Position numbers and translations under genes: made by a program. Below the pieces are notes generated by a model. The model saw only the letters and a program-made list of their open reading frames with translations. It ran no database searches and was not told the origin of the DNA. Of a DNA stretch of 64,000 bases, positions 51,847 through 61,800 are shown piece by piece (position 1 is the first letter of the stretch; every line of letters starts with the position of its first letter). Origin of the DNA: an uncultured Bifidobacteriaceae bacterium (lineage in GTDB: Bacteria; Actinomycetota; Acidimicrobiia; IMCC26256; DASPTH01); NCBI GenBank assembly GCA_964505725.1, contig CAZDJK010000002.1, forward strand, positions 19,426 through 83,425, in the 5' to 3' direction.

Positions 51847-53256
51847 TCAGGCCGGTGGGCCCTCGACCAGGGTGAGGGTCGCGGTGTGGCGGGTCCCGGA
51901 GCTGTCGCTCCACGTGACGCTCACCTTGTCACCGGTGTGGTACTGGGCCATCGCGTCGTTGAGCTGTGACGTGGACCCCACCGATTGGCCGGCCACCGCC
52001 ACGATCACGTCGCCCGACCGGATGCCGGCACTGTCGGCCGGACCGCCGGAGTCGACCTGCATGACGAGCGCGCCGTCCGACGACCCGCTGTTGCTGCGCC
52101 CCCCGAGGCCGTTGCCGCTGTCGCCCGTGTTCTCGACGCGGATGCCCATGATCCCGCGGCTGCCGATGTGCACGCTCCCCGACGACTTCCCCGCCGCGAT
52201 CTGGGACGCGATCGAGCGCGCCGCGTTGATCGGGATCGCGAACGCGACGGTCGACGTGGTCTGGGAGAACCGTCCACTCGCCGCGGCCGCAGTGTTCATC
52301 CCGATCACCTCGCCGTCGGCATTGACCAACGCGCCCCCGGAGTCGCCGGGCTGGATCGACGCGTTGATCTGGATGAGGCCATGCAGCGTCTCGGTGTCGC
52401 CTCCGGAATCGTCACCGGCGGTGATGGTCTGGTTGAGCGCGGCCACGGTCCCCGAGGTGACGGTCGGGGCCCCGCCGCGGCCGAGCGCGTTGCCGATCGC
52501 GACGACGGTGTCGTCGATCGAGACGCGCGACGAGTCGCCGATCGGGACGGTCGCGAGATCGGAGACGTTGCGGATCTGGAGCAGCGCGACGTCGTTGTCG
52601 ACGTCGTAGCCCAGCACCTTCGCGGAATGGCTCGACCCGTCGCTGCTGATCTCCACAGACACCGTGTTCGCCCCGTCGATCACGTGGTTGTTGGTGAGCA
52701 CGAGACCGTTCGACGAGATGACCATCCCGGTGCCGGCCGCTTCGCCGCCGGTCGCCAACGTGGTCGTGATGTTCACGATGCCGGGCGTGACCTTGGCGGC
52801 CACGTCGGAGACCGCGCTCGACCCACCCTGGTCGCGCACGACGGCCGACGAGCCGGAAGACGACCCGCCGCCGGTGTCGAGCACGTCGTGACGGCCGATC
52901 CCGAACGCGCTCGCGAACACGAACAGCGCGAGCAGGAACGCGACGATCGCCGGCGCGCGCCGGCGCCGCCGGGGCGGCGGCGGCACGGCATCCGGGTCCC
53001 ACACCGGCGGACCGGCGGGGGGTGGCTGCCACGGCGGCGGGGTCGCAGCCGGCGGGGGCTGCCACGACGGCGGGCTTGCCGCGGGCAGGGGCTGCCACGA
53101 CGGCGGGGTCGCAGCAGGCGGGGGCGGCCACGGCGGAGGTACGTCACCGGGCGTGACCGGTGGCTCGGGAGGAGGTACTTCAACCGGCCCGACCGTGGGC
53201 TCCGGCGGCTCGGGGCGGGTCGCCTCGGGCTGCGATTCGGGGTTGTCGTCGGTCAC
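51847..53256 (-). CDS. HtrA-family serine protease with a Pro-rich repeat N-terminus, one TM segment, a trypsin domain and a PDZ domain
   Basis: GTGMVISSNGLVLTNNHVIDGA, DVALLQI, PGDSGGALVN. PDZ: GALVMQVDSGGPADSAGIRSGDVIVAVAGQSV. TM: APAIVAFLLALFVFASAFGI. Confidence 0.9.
   Translation of the reverse strand: MTDDNPESQPEATRPEPPEPTVGPVEVPPPEPPVTPGDVPPPWPPPPAATPPSWQPLPAASPPSWQPPPAATPPPWQPPPAGPPVWDPDAVPPPPRRRRRAPAIVAFLLALFVFASAFGIGRHDVLDTGGGSSSGSSAVVRDQGGSSAVSDVAAKVTPGIVNITTTLATGGEAAGTGMVISSNGLVLTNNHVIDGANTVSVEISSDGSSHSAKVLGYDVDNDVALLQIRNVSDLATVPIGDSSRVSIDDTVVAIGNALGRGGAPTVTSGTVAALNQTITAGDDSGGDTETLHGLIQINASIQPGDSGGALVNADGEVIGMNTAAAASGRFSQTTSTVAFAIPINAARSIASQIAAGKSSGSVHIGSRGIMGIRVENTGDSGNGLGGRSNSGSSDGALVMQVDSGGPADSAGIRSGDVIVAVAGQSVGSTSQLNDAMAQYHTGDKVSVTWSDSSGTRHTATLTLVEGPPA
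53024..53139 (-). repeat. About 3.5 tandem copies of a 33-bp unit inside the HtrA-like gene, encoding PP(S/P)WQP(P/L)PAA(T/S)
   Basis: Units at 53024-53056, 53057-53089 and 53090-53122, plus a partial unit at 53123-53139. All begin GGCTGCCACG(G/A)CGGCGGG on the plus strand. Confidence 0.8.
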
Positions 53257-53388
53257 CGGTGCGCCTCGTTCCCACGCGAGTCCGCCCGATCGTCGCGGAC
53301 ACGCACTGTGACCAGCCTAAGGACTGGAGCGACCCCGCTGACAGGGGTGACCGTGGCGACGCCGACGGGCGGGTGCGAGACTGGGCCG

Positions 53389-53772
53389 GTGGGCGGCGTC
53401 GAGCAGCGAGTGGAGGTGGCCGGCGCCCGTCTGAGCCTCACCGCCGGCGTCTGCTGGACGGTCGGAATGATGTTCGCCCTGCTCGACGCGATCACGACCT
53501 GGTACGCCGTGACCCGCTTGCACATGCCGGAGGGCAACCCGGTCGCGCGGTGGGTGATCGCGGAGATCGGCGTGTCCGAGGCAGTGGCGCTGCGGGTGCT
53601 CGTCAGCGCCGTCGTGCTCGGGCTGCTCGCCGTCGGGTCGTGGATCCCGCTGCCCGAGCAGCGCTCGCTGGTCAACCGCTCCTGCCGAGTCGTACTCATC
53701 GGCGCCCTCGTACTCTGGGGCGTCGTCGCGGTCAGCAACACCGCGCAGATCGCGATCGCCGAGTTCCACTGA
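53389..53772 (+). CDS. DUF5658-like small membrane protein
   Basis: ...WTVGMMFALLDAITTWYAVTRLHMPEGNPVARWVIAEIGVSEAVALRVLVSAVVLGLL.... The start is uncertain (GTG 53389 or a later GTG/ATG). Confidence 0.6.
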   Translation: MGGVEQRVEVAGARLSLTAGVCWTVGMMFALLDAITTWYAVTRLHMPEGNPVARWVIAEIGVSEAVALRVLVSAVVLGLLAVGSWIPLPEQRSLVNRSCRVVLIGALVLWGVVAVSNTAQIAIAEFH

Positions 53773-53813
53773 CCGGCGGCGGGATCCCGGCCTCGGTACG
53801 CTCGGGGGCAGCG

Positions 53814-55460
53814 ATGGGAACCCGATTCGACGAGACCGTCGACCGCCTGCGCGTCGCGGTCGAGGCCGGCGCGGTGCCGGGAGCGCTCGTCGTACACGCG
53901 GATCCCGACGGCACGCGTGTCGCGGTGCTCGGCCGGACCCACCAGAGGGGCGGCGCGCCCGTCGGCGAGCGGACCCGGTTCCGGCTCGCCTCCTGCTCGA
54001 AGCTCGTCACCGCGCTCGCGGCGCTGCTCGCCGTCCAGGACGGTGTGCTCGACCTCGACGCGCCCCTGCGCCGCGTCGTGCCCGGGATCGCGCCCCGCTC
54101 CCGCTTCGACGGCGACCCCGCCGACCAGATCACCGTGCGCCACCTGCTGTCGCACATGGCCGGGCTCACGCGTCAGGCGCCGATCGACAACACGTATCCG
54201 TCGTGGGACGACCACGTCGCCAGCATCGGCGACACGTGGCTCCGCTTCCCGGTGGGCACGCGGTACGCGTACTCGGACATCGGCATCGACCTGGTCGGCC
54301 GGGTGCTCGAGGTCGCGACCGGCGAGCCGTTCCCGCGGTTCGTGGCGCGTCGCGTGCTCGAGCCGCTCGGCATGGAGCGCGCGACGTTCGACGTGGCGGA
54401 GATCACCGCCGACCGCGACCGCTGCGTCGGCCACGTGCAAGGCGAGGAGCAGCAGATCACCGGCATGGTGCCCGCGGGATCGCTGTACGCGTCGGCGCGC
54501 GACCTCGGCGCGTTCCTGCGCTTCGTGATCGACGGCGGTGTGGTCGCGCACCGGCGCGTGCTCTCGGCCGAGCTGCTCGAACAGTGGTCGACCACGCCCT
54601 TCCCCGCGCCCGGGCAGGTGGAGGGGTACGCGCTCGGCCTGCGCACGAAGCGCACCGCGTGCGGAATCGCCCGCGGCCACGCGGGCAGTGGGTTCGGGTT
54701 CTTCGCCGACCTTTGGTGGCTGCAGGCGTCCGGCGAGGGGGGCGCCGTGGTGGTGAGCTCGCAGGAGCTCGACGTCCGCGGCAGCGTGGTGCCGGAGCTC
54801 ATCGGCGCGCCGGACGCGGCTCCCGCGCTCGCGGAGCCGGAGGATGCCTCCGCTCCGGGTGCCCTGGACCCTGCCGCGAACACCCGTCGCGCGGGCCGTT
54901 ACGTGGGCGGGTTGCACGACACGGTCACGTTCGAGGTGCGCCACGGTGTGCTCGGCGTCGTGCGCGGGAACCGCTTCGACGCGGTCGGGTTCGGCGCCGA
55001 CGCCTGCACGTGCTCCGCGCGCCGGAGCCGCGAGCGCTACCGCTTCGCGGACGGCGTCGCCGCGCCCCCGTACGTGGTGCGGCTGCGCGACGGCGAGAGC
55101 TGGACCTACAACGACGGCCCGAACGACCCACCCGGTCCCGACTGGCCCAGCTGGGACCAGTGGCTCGGCACCTACACGGTGGTGGCCCGCACGGACGTCC
55201 GAGGACGCGTGCTGGTCACCAAGCGCGACGGCTACCTCTCGATCGGCTCACAGCGGGTGCTCGAGCACTCCGGGCACTGGTTCACCAGCCGCGGTGAAGC
55301 AGTGGCGCGCCGTGGCGAGCACCTCTGCGTCGGCCGGTTCACGCTCCGGCCCGTCGACGAGAGCGGGCTTGGCGCCGACGCGCCCGAGCCGGATCCGCCC
55401 TTGCGCGGTCTGTCCGAGCGAGGTCAGCCCGAGGGGAGTCAGCCCGAGGTGAGTCAGTAG
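53814..55460 (+). CDS. Serine hydrolase (beta-lactamase class C/PBP-like) with a long C-terminal extension
   Basis: ATG 53814. FRLASCSKLVTALAAL (SxxK), YAYSDIGIDLVG (YxN-like), HAGSGFG. About 200 additional C-terminal residues of unknown fold. Confidence 0.85.
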   Translation: MGTRFDETVDRLRVAVEAGAVPGALVVHADPDGTRVAVLGRTHQRGGAPVGERTRFRLASCSKLVTALAALLAVQDGVLDLDAPLRRVVPGIAPRSRFDGDPADQITVRHLLSHMAGLTRQAPIDNTYPSWDDHVASIGDTWLRFPVGTRYAYSDIGIDLVGRVLEVATGEPFPRFVARRVLEPLGMERATFDVAEITADRDRCVGHVQGEEQQITGMVPAGSLYASARDLGAFLRFVIDGGVVAHRRVLSAELLEQWSTTPFPAPGQVEGYALGLRTKRTACGIARGHAGSGFGFFADLWWLQASGEGGAVVVSSQELDVRGSVVPELIGAPDAAPALAEPEDASAPGALDPAANTRRAGRYVGGLHDTVTFEVRHGVLGVVRGNRFDAVGFGADACTCSARRSRERYRFADGVAAPPYVVRLRDGESWTYNDGPNDPPGPDWPSWDQWLGTYTVVARTDVRGRVLVTKRDGYLSIGSQRVLEHSGHWFTSRGEAVARRGEHLCVGRFTLRPVDESGLGADAPEPDPPLRGLSERGQPEGSQPEVSQ

Positions 55461-56383
55461 GCGTCGAGGATGTCGACCACGAAGACGAGCGTGTCGGCAC
55501 CGCCGATGCCGGCCTGGGGGTTGCCAGCCGAGCCGTATCCCTTCGCCGGCGGCACGACGACGAGCAGCTGTGAGCCGACGTGCTGGCCGACGATCGCCTC
55601 GTCCCAGCCCTTGATGACCTGACCCACGCCGATCGGGAAGTCGGCGGGCGTCCCGCGGTCCCAGGACGAGTCGAACTGCTTCCCGGTCCCCCAGACCACG
55701 CCGGTGTAGTTGACGGTGACGGTCTGACCCTTGCGGACGACGCTCCCGTCGCCCTTGATCAGCGGCTGCACCACGAGCGAGCTCGGCGCCTTTCCCGTGG
55801 GCGTGGCGATCTGCGGCTTGCCGGTGGCGTCGAGAGTCACCGCGGGGAGCCCCGCCGCGGGCGCCACCGGCGTGCCGGTGGCGCGGGTGAGCGGGTGCCG
55901 GACGCCACGGACGGTGATGACGAAGAGAAGGCTGTCGTTCTTCTTCACGCCGACCGACGCGAGCTGCGCGTTGAGACCGTCGGCGGGCGAGACCGCGACC
56001 AGCACCCGGCTGCCGACCGGTGCGCCGACGAGGCCGTCGACGACCGCAGGCGTCGTCTGGCTCGGATCCAGCACTGCGGTGGCAGGGCGGGAGCCGTACG
56101 TGGAGCCGATCTGCTTGCCGGAGCGGCCGTCGAGCACGAGGTAGTCGATGGTGACCTTGGTGCCCTGCCCGAGCGCGCCGCCCTTGCCGGTCACCACCAC
56201 GCGGTGCTCGGAGGCCGCCACCGAGAACGGCTTGGCGAACCGGACCGTGGGCTTCTGCCCGGCCCCGCCCCTGACCGCGACCTGGCTGAGCGGGTCGGCC
56301 GCCGCCGCGGGCGAGAGCGAGACCGAGAGCGCGCCCGCAGAGGCGGCCGCGACGAGGAAGAGGTAGACGAGAAGACGGCGCAC
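55454..56383 (-). CDS. FKBP-type peptidyl-prolyl cis-trans isomerase, secreted
   Basis: GTG 56383. Signal LLVYLFLVAAASAGALS. C-terminal FKBP domain VTVNYTGVVWGTGKQFDSSWDRGTPADFPIGVGQVIKGWDEAIVGQHVGSQLLVVVPPAKGYG. Confidence 0.85.
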   Translation of the reverse strand: MRRLLVYLFLVAAASAGALSVSLSPAAAADPLSQVAVRGGAGQKPTVRFAKPFSVAASEHRVVVTGKGGALGQGTKVTIDYLVLDGRSGKQIGSTYGSRPATAVLDPSQTTPAVVDGLVGAPVGSRVLVAVSPADGLNAQLASVGVKKNDSLLFVITVRGVRHPLTRATGTPVAPAAGLPAVTLDATGKPQIATPTGKAPSSLVVQPLIKGDGSVVRKGQTVTVNYTGVVWGTGKQFDSSWDRGTPADFPIGVGQVIKGWDEAIVGQHVGSQLLVVVPPAKGYGSAGNPQAGIGGADTLVFVVDILDAY

Positions 56384-56488
56384 CGATCGATGCCCTTCCG
56401 TGAGACGGCCTTCCACGCTACCGGCGGGAACCACGGTGACGCGCGCGGCCGATGGCGACGGTGCACGCGGCCGGCGCCACGCGTGTGG

Positions 56489-56750
56489 TCAGTCGAGCAG
56501 ACCGGCGCGGTGGAGATCCTCGGCCAGCATCACCGCGTCGACGAACAGGGCGGCGCGCAGGCCAACGTCGCGCGCCCCCTCGACGTGGGGCGGAGAGTCG
56601 TCGACGAAGAGCACCGCGTTCGGTGGGACGTCGAGGCGGCGACAGGCGAATTGGTAGACCGCGGGATCGAGCTTCGCGAACCCGCTGTCGCACGAGCACC
56701 ACCCGGATGGGCTCGTCCATCGGGTCGCGAACGCTCGTCGCCACGCTCAC
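56489..56750 (-). pseudogene. HAD-superfamily hydrolase remnant (C-terminal third only, with a frameshift)
   Basis: One frame reads ...SCDSGFAKLDPAVYQFACRRLDVPPNAVLFVDDSPPHVEGARDVGLRAALFVDAVMLAEDLHRAGLLD*, which are HAD motifs III/IV. That frame hits a TGA about 85 codons upstream of its own stop. High-GC3 coding continues in another frame (VSVATSVRDPMDEPIRVVLV). The next gene's stop is at 56771, so there is no room for the N-terminal DxD core. Confidence 0.5.
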
Positions 56751-56770
56751 CCGCGCGCCCGGGTGGACGA

Positions 56771-58174
56771 TCAGTCGGCGAACGCGAAGACCGTGCGATC
56801 GGCGGGGACCACGATCCGCCCGTCGCCGGCCGCGAGCGTGCTGAACCGGGAGGGCTCCGAGCCCACGTGTACATCGAAGCGCTCAGCGCCCGAGCTCTCG
56901 TCGAGAGCGACGAGCTCGCCACCGCTCGTGGCGATGGTCCATACGGTGCCGCGCGCGATGACCGCGGGCCCGGGCGCGGCGACCCCCGCCGACCAGCCCA
57001 CGTGCAGCGCGTTGCCCTGTGCGGTGACCTGCACGACCGAGCCGGGGCAGGACACGAACATGGTGTCGCCGTCGTGGGGAACGCCGCCGTAGGCCAGCGC
57101 GTCGCACACCATCGTCCGGGCGAGCTCGCCGCCGACGCCCCCGAGGTGGCCGGCGTCGAGCAAGTAGCCGGTGCCGCTCTTGCCGACCTGGAACACCCGA
57201 CCGCCCGGCAGCAGCACCGGGCTGGTCGACCCGAGGTCAGTGTCGCCGCGGTTGAGGTCCTTCCAGTCCGAAGGCGCCCACGCGTCGAGGAGCTGGAGGT
57301 CGGCGCTCAACCGGACGACCGCGTTGGCGTAGTCGAATGTCGAGGTGCTCGAGCTGTTGCCGCTCGCGAGGTAGAGGCTCCCGTCGGGGGCCGCGACCGG
57401 GCCGGGCGGCGACCAGAACCCACCTTCGCGCTGGGTCGGGAGCGTGTAAGTGCCGACCGCGCCGAGGCCCGTCGGCGACACCGCGACCGACGTGACGCGG
57501 CCGTGATAGTCGCCGCAGTCGCCGAAGCGACCGCCGAACGCCACGTAGACCCGGCCGCCCGTCAGCGTGAGCGCCGACCGCTGGTTGTGCACCGCGGGGT
57601 CGGCGCCGGGGGCGTCGACGCCCTTCGAGTCGATCAGCCGACCGTCGGAGAGGCCGAGCTCGAACAGCACGTGGTGTCCAGGCTGCACCATGCCGACCGC
57701 ATACACCCGGTTGCTGCCCGCGTCGGCGACGGGCGTGCTCGTGATCCCGACCGGATTCACGTCACCGCAGGGCAGCGAGGACCCGGGGACGGGCGTGCCG
57801 AGGTGCGTCTTCCAGGCGACCGCCCCCGTCGAGTCGTCGAGCGAGTACACGGTGTCGTTCTCCGTGGCGACGATGACGTGGCCGCCGACGACGAGCGGCT
57901 GCGCGTACACGTCACCGTCGAGCGCGGGCGACGCCCACACCTGGTGGACGCGGGCGGCCGACGCCGGCCCGTCGGTCGTCAGCCCGGTGCGCGACACGTC
58001 GCCGTAGTACGTGGGCCACGGGGCGGCGGTACCGGTCGCGGCGGTCGGAGGCGCGGCGGCCGTCGTCGTCGTCGCCGCCGCGGAAGACGACTTCCGCTTC
58101 GACGACGTCGCGGAGCCGCTCCCCGAGCCCGATGAGCAGGCCGCAAGCGCGAGCGCGGCGACGATCGTGCACAC
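56771..58174 (-). CDS. PQQ-like beta-propeller repeat lipoprotein
   Basis: Lipobox-like MCTIVAALALAAC, then a Ser/Thr/Ala linker. Repeated motifs follow: GDVYAQPLVVGGHVIVATENDTVYSLDDSTGAVAWK, GRVYVAFGG and GTVWTIATSGGELVALDESSG. Confidence 0.8.
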   Translation of the reverse strand: MCTIVAALALAACSSGSGSGSATSSKRKSSSAAATTTTAAAPPTAATGTAAPWPTYYGDVSRTGLTTDGPASAARVHQVWASPALDGDVYAQPLVVGGHVIVATENDTVYSLDDSTGAVAWKTHLGTPVPGSSLPCGDVNPVGITSTPVADAGSNRVYAVGMVQPGHHVLFELGLSDGRLIDSKGVDAPGADPAVHNQRSALTLTGGRVYVAFGGRFGDCGDYHGRVTSVAVSPTGLGAVGTYTLPTQREGGFWSPPGPVAAPDGSLYLASGNSSSTSTFDYANAVVRLSADLQLLDAWAPSDWKDLNRGDTDLGSTSPVLLPGGRVFQVGKSGTGYLLDAGHLGGVGGELARTMVCDALAYGGVPHDGDTMFVSCPGSVVQVTAQGNALHVGWSAGVAAPGPAVIARGTVWTIATSGGELVALDESSGAERFDVHVGSEPSRFSTLAAGDGRIVVPADRTVFAFAD

Positions 58175-58293
58175 GGTGACGGTGACCCGAGCGGGGGGCG
58201 GGCGACCGTGGGCGTTGCGACGCGGTCCGATCCGGCGACGATATTCCGGGCGGCCCGCCGATCCCCATCGCCCGGCGACGGCGCGTGCCGGCG

Positions 58294-58716
58294 CTACAGC
58301 TTGCGGTGGTCCCAGGACGCGACGTGGACCGGCTGCACCTTGAACACGACCCGGTTGTTCATCATCGCCTCGACGAACGGGCGACGCGTCTCGTCGTAGG
58401 GGCCCATGTGGCGCTCGTAGACGCTCACGCCGAGCTGGAACCGGCGCTCGGGGTCGTCGACCAGCTCCGCGCTGCCGCGGATCTGCACGCCGCGGAGCTC
58501 CTCGTAGCGCTCACCGTCCTCGGCCATGACGGTGATGGTCGGGTTGCGGCGCAGGTTGACGGCCTTCTGCGACTTCACCTTGGTCTCGAACGCGATCTCG
58601 CCCTCGAGGAAGCCGTACCACATCGCGACGAGGTGCACCGTGCCGTCGTGGTTGATCGTCGCCATCGACATCGTGCGGGTTTCCGCCAGGAACGCGTCGA
58701 CCTCCGACGGTGTCAT
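58294..58716 (-). CDS. PPOX-class F420-dependent oxidoreductase (pyridoxamine 5'-phosphate oxidase family)
   Basis: ATG 58716. MTPSEVDAFLAETRTMSMATINHDGTVHLVAMWYGFLEGEIAFETKVKSQKAVNLRRNP. Confidence 0.85.
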   Translation of the reverse strand: MTPSEVDAFLAETRTMSMATINHDGTVHLVAMWYGFLEGEIAFETKVKSQKAVNLRRNPTITVMAEDGERYEELRGVQIRGSAELVDDPERRFQLGVSVYERHMGPYDETRRPFVEAMMNNRVVFKVQPVHVASWDHRKL

Positions 58717-58835
58717 GCGCACCTGCGCCCGTTGGTTCACACCGCGGCTCGCCACGGACGGGAGCGTACTCTCGCGGCGCGGGATGCTCCGCGGGGAGTG
58801 CGGTACGCGTTGATCGCGACGGCCACGTGACCACC

Positions 58836-61800
58836 ATGCTCGACGGCTCCGCGCCGCGCCGGCTCGGTGCCCGCGTCGCGGCGTGGGCGGCGGGGTTGGC
58901 GCTCTTCTCTGTGGTGCTCACAGCCCGCTGGAGCGTCCCCTCGGGAATCGTGGTGGAAGGGCTGATCCTCGGCTCGCTCACCGCGCTCCTCGCGTTCGGC
59001 CTCGCGCTCGTCTGGCGCTCGAACCGGATCGTCAACTTCGCCCAGGCCGACCTCGGCACCGTCCCGGCAAGTCTGTGCGTCGTCCTCGTGGCCGCGGAAG
59101 GATGGTCGTTCTGGATCGCGATGCCCCTCGCGCTGATGCTCGCGCTCGCGCTCGCGTGGTTCGTCGAGCGCGTCTTCATCCGCTGGCGCTTCGAGCAGGC
59201 GCCACGCCTGATCGTCACCGTCGTGACGATCGGGCTCGCGTCGCTGCTCAGCGGCGCCGCGCTCGCGCTGCCCTACTTCCTCGAGGGGACGAACGCAGTG
59301 CTGCCGGACAGCCTGCTGCAGAGCCAGCCCTTCCGCCTGAACCTCCACATTGACCCATTCGTGTTCCACGCATTCGACCTCGTCGCAGTGGTCACGACCG
59401 TCGTCTGCGCGGCGTCGCTCTTCGTGTTCCTCCGGCGGACGGGAGCGGGAATCGCGCTGCGTGCCGGCGCCGAGAACCCTGAGCGCGCCGCGCTGCTCGG
59501 CGTGAACGTCGGGCGCACCCACAGCGTCGCGTGGATGATCTCCGGGGTGCTCGCGGCAGTGACGATGATCCTGCGTGCAGGGGTGTTCGGGCTTCCCCTC
59601 GGTGCCGCGTTCGGCCCCTCCATCCTGCTCCGCGCGCTGGCGGCCGCGGTGATCGGCAGGATGGAGAATTTCGCGGTCATCTTCGTCGCCGCGTGCGCGA
59701 TCGGGGTCGTCGAGGCCGCTGCACAGTGGAACGGCGCCACCGCGTACGTCGACCCGCTCCTCCTGGTGCTCATCGTCGTCGCCCTGCTCCTCCAGCGGCG
59801 CCGACGCGAGTCGCGGGTCGACGCCGAGGTCGCGTCCGCGTGGATCTACGCCGCGAGCCCGCGTCCCGTCCCGCGCGAGCTCGCCCGCCTGCCCGAAGTG
59901 CGATGGACGATCCGCGCGCTGCGCGCGACGGTGGTCGCGGTCATCGTGCTCCTGCCATGGGTGCTCGATGCGCACGACACGGACCTCGCGGCCGTGGTGG
60001 CGATCTACGGGATCGTCGCGTTGTCACTCGTCGTGCTGACAGGATGGGCGGGCCGGATCAGCCTCGGCCAGTTCGGTTTCGTCGCCGTCGGCGCGATGGT
60101 CGTCGGCTCGCTCAACGTGCACTACCACTGGGGCGCGATCCCGACCCTCGTGCTCGCGGGCGTCGCGGGCGCGATCGTGGCGGTGCTGGTGGGGCTGCCG
60201 GCGCTTCGCGTGCGCGGGCTCATGCTCGCGGTCACCACACTCGCGTTCGGGGTCGCGACCTCGTCGTACCTGCTGGACCGCAACCTCGACTTCTTCGGCC
60301 TCTCGTTCCACTACCTGCCCGACAACCTCCTCGACCACATCACCCGGTACCCGCCGTTCGGGATCGAGAGTGTGCTCGGCCTGCGCGTGGCGGACCGCGG
60401 CGAGCTGAACGAGACCGGCATGTACCTCCTGTGCGTCGCGGGGCTCGGGCTCGTCGTGCTGGCGGTGCGCGGGCTCCAGCGTCGGCGCACCGCACGCGAC
60501 CTCGTGGCGACGAGAGAGAACGAACGCGCCGCGCAGTCGTTCGGGCTAGGCCCGGTCCGCGTCGAGCTCCTCGCCTTCGCGGTCGCCGGCTTCCTCGCGT
60601 CGTTCGCCGGCGGGTTGTACGTCCTGCACCAGCAGTCGCTCGGGCCAGAGCTGTTCCTGCCGATCGAGAGCATCCGGGTGCTCACGATGGTCGTGGTCGG
60701 CGGCCTGACGAGCATTCCCGGCGCGCTGCTCGGCGCCATCTTCCTGCAGAGCACGGTGTGGGTCAGCGACTCGGTCCCGACCGCGTTCCGGCTCGCGCTC
60801 CAGCTCGCCGGCAGCGGTCTCGGGCTGGTGGCCGTGCTCATGTTCCTCCCCGGCGGGCTGGGCGGCGCGCTGTACGGCGTGCGCGACCGGCTGCTGCGGA
60901 CGGCGGCGCGCCGTCACGGGATCGGCGTCGCCGAGGACCGCGCCGGTGGCGTCGCCGACGGCTCGGCGGGGCCGACGCCGGCCGACCCGCACCCCGGGGC
61001 CGACGGGCGCGACGGGAGCGACGTCCTCCTCCGCGTCGAGGCGATCGACGTCGCCTTCGGCCACGTGCAGGTGCTGTTCGACACCAGCCTCGAGGTCCGC
61101 GCCGGTGAGACGGTCGCGCTCCTGGGCACCAACGGCGCGGGGAAGTCGACGGTGCTGCGCGCGGTCTCGGGCCTCACCGCCGCCGGGCACGGGCGCGTCC
61201 AGTACCGCGGCGTCGACATCACGGGAAGCGCGCCGCATCGGATCGCAGAACGTGGGCTGATCCACGTGCCCGCCGGCCATGGGGTGTTTCCCTCCCTCAC
61301 CGTGGCCGAGAATTTGAGGATCGGCGGCTGGCTGCACCGCAGGGACGCGGCCAGCTCTCGCGCTGCGACCGACGACGTCCTCGCCCGGTTCCCGATTCTC
61401 GCCGGTCGCGTCCGCGAACCCGCCGCGAACCTCTCCGGCGGGCAGCAGCAGATGCTCGCGATCGCGATGGCGCTCCTCGCCCGGCCGGTTGTGCTCCTCG
61501 TCGACGAGCTCTCGCTCGGGCTGTCGCCGGAGGCGGTCGACGAGGTGCTCGCCCTGCTGGCCGAGCTGTGCGCGCGTGGCGTGGCCGTCCTCCTCGTCGA
61601 GCAGTCGATCACGGTGGCTCTCCGCGTCGCGAGCCGCGCGTATTTCATGGAGAAGGGGCGGGTGCGCTTCGAGGGCGCCACCGCGGAGCTCCTCGCCCGC
61701 CCCGATCTCGTGCACTCGATCCTGCTCGAGCACGCGTCGCCGCGGGAGGAAGACCACTCGCAGACGCCGACGGCGCCGCCCCCGCGGCCGCGGCCGTCGA

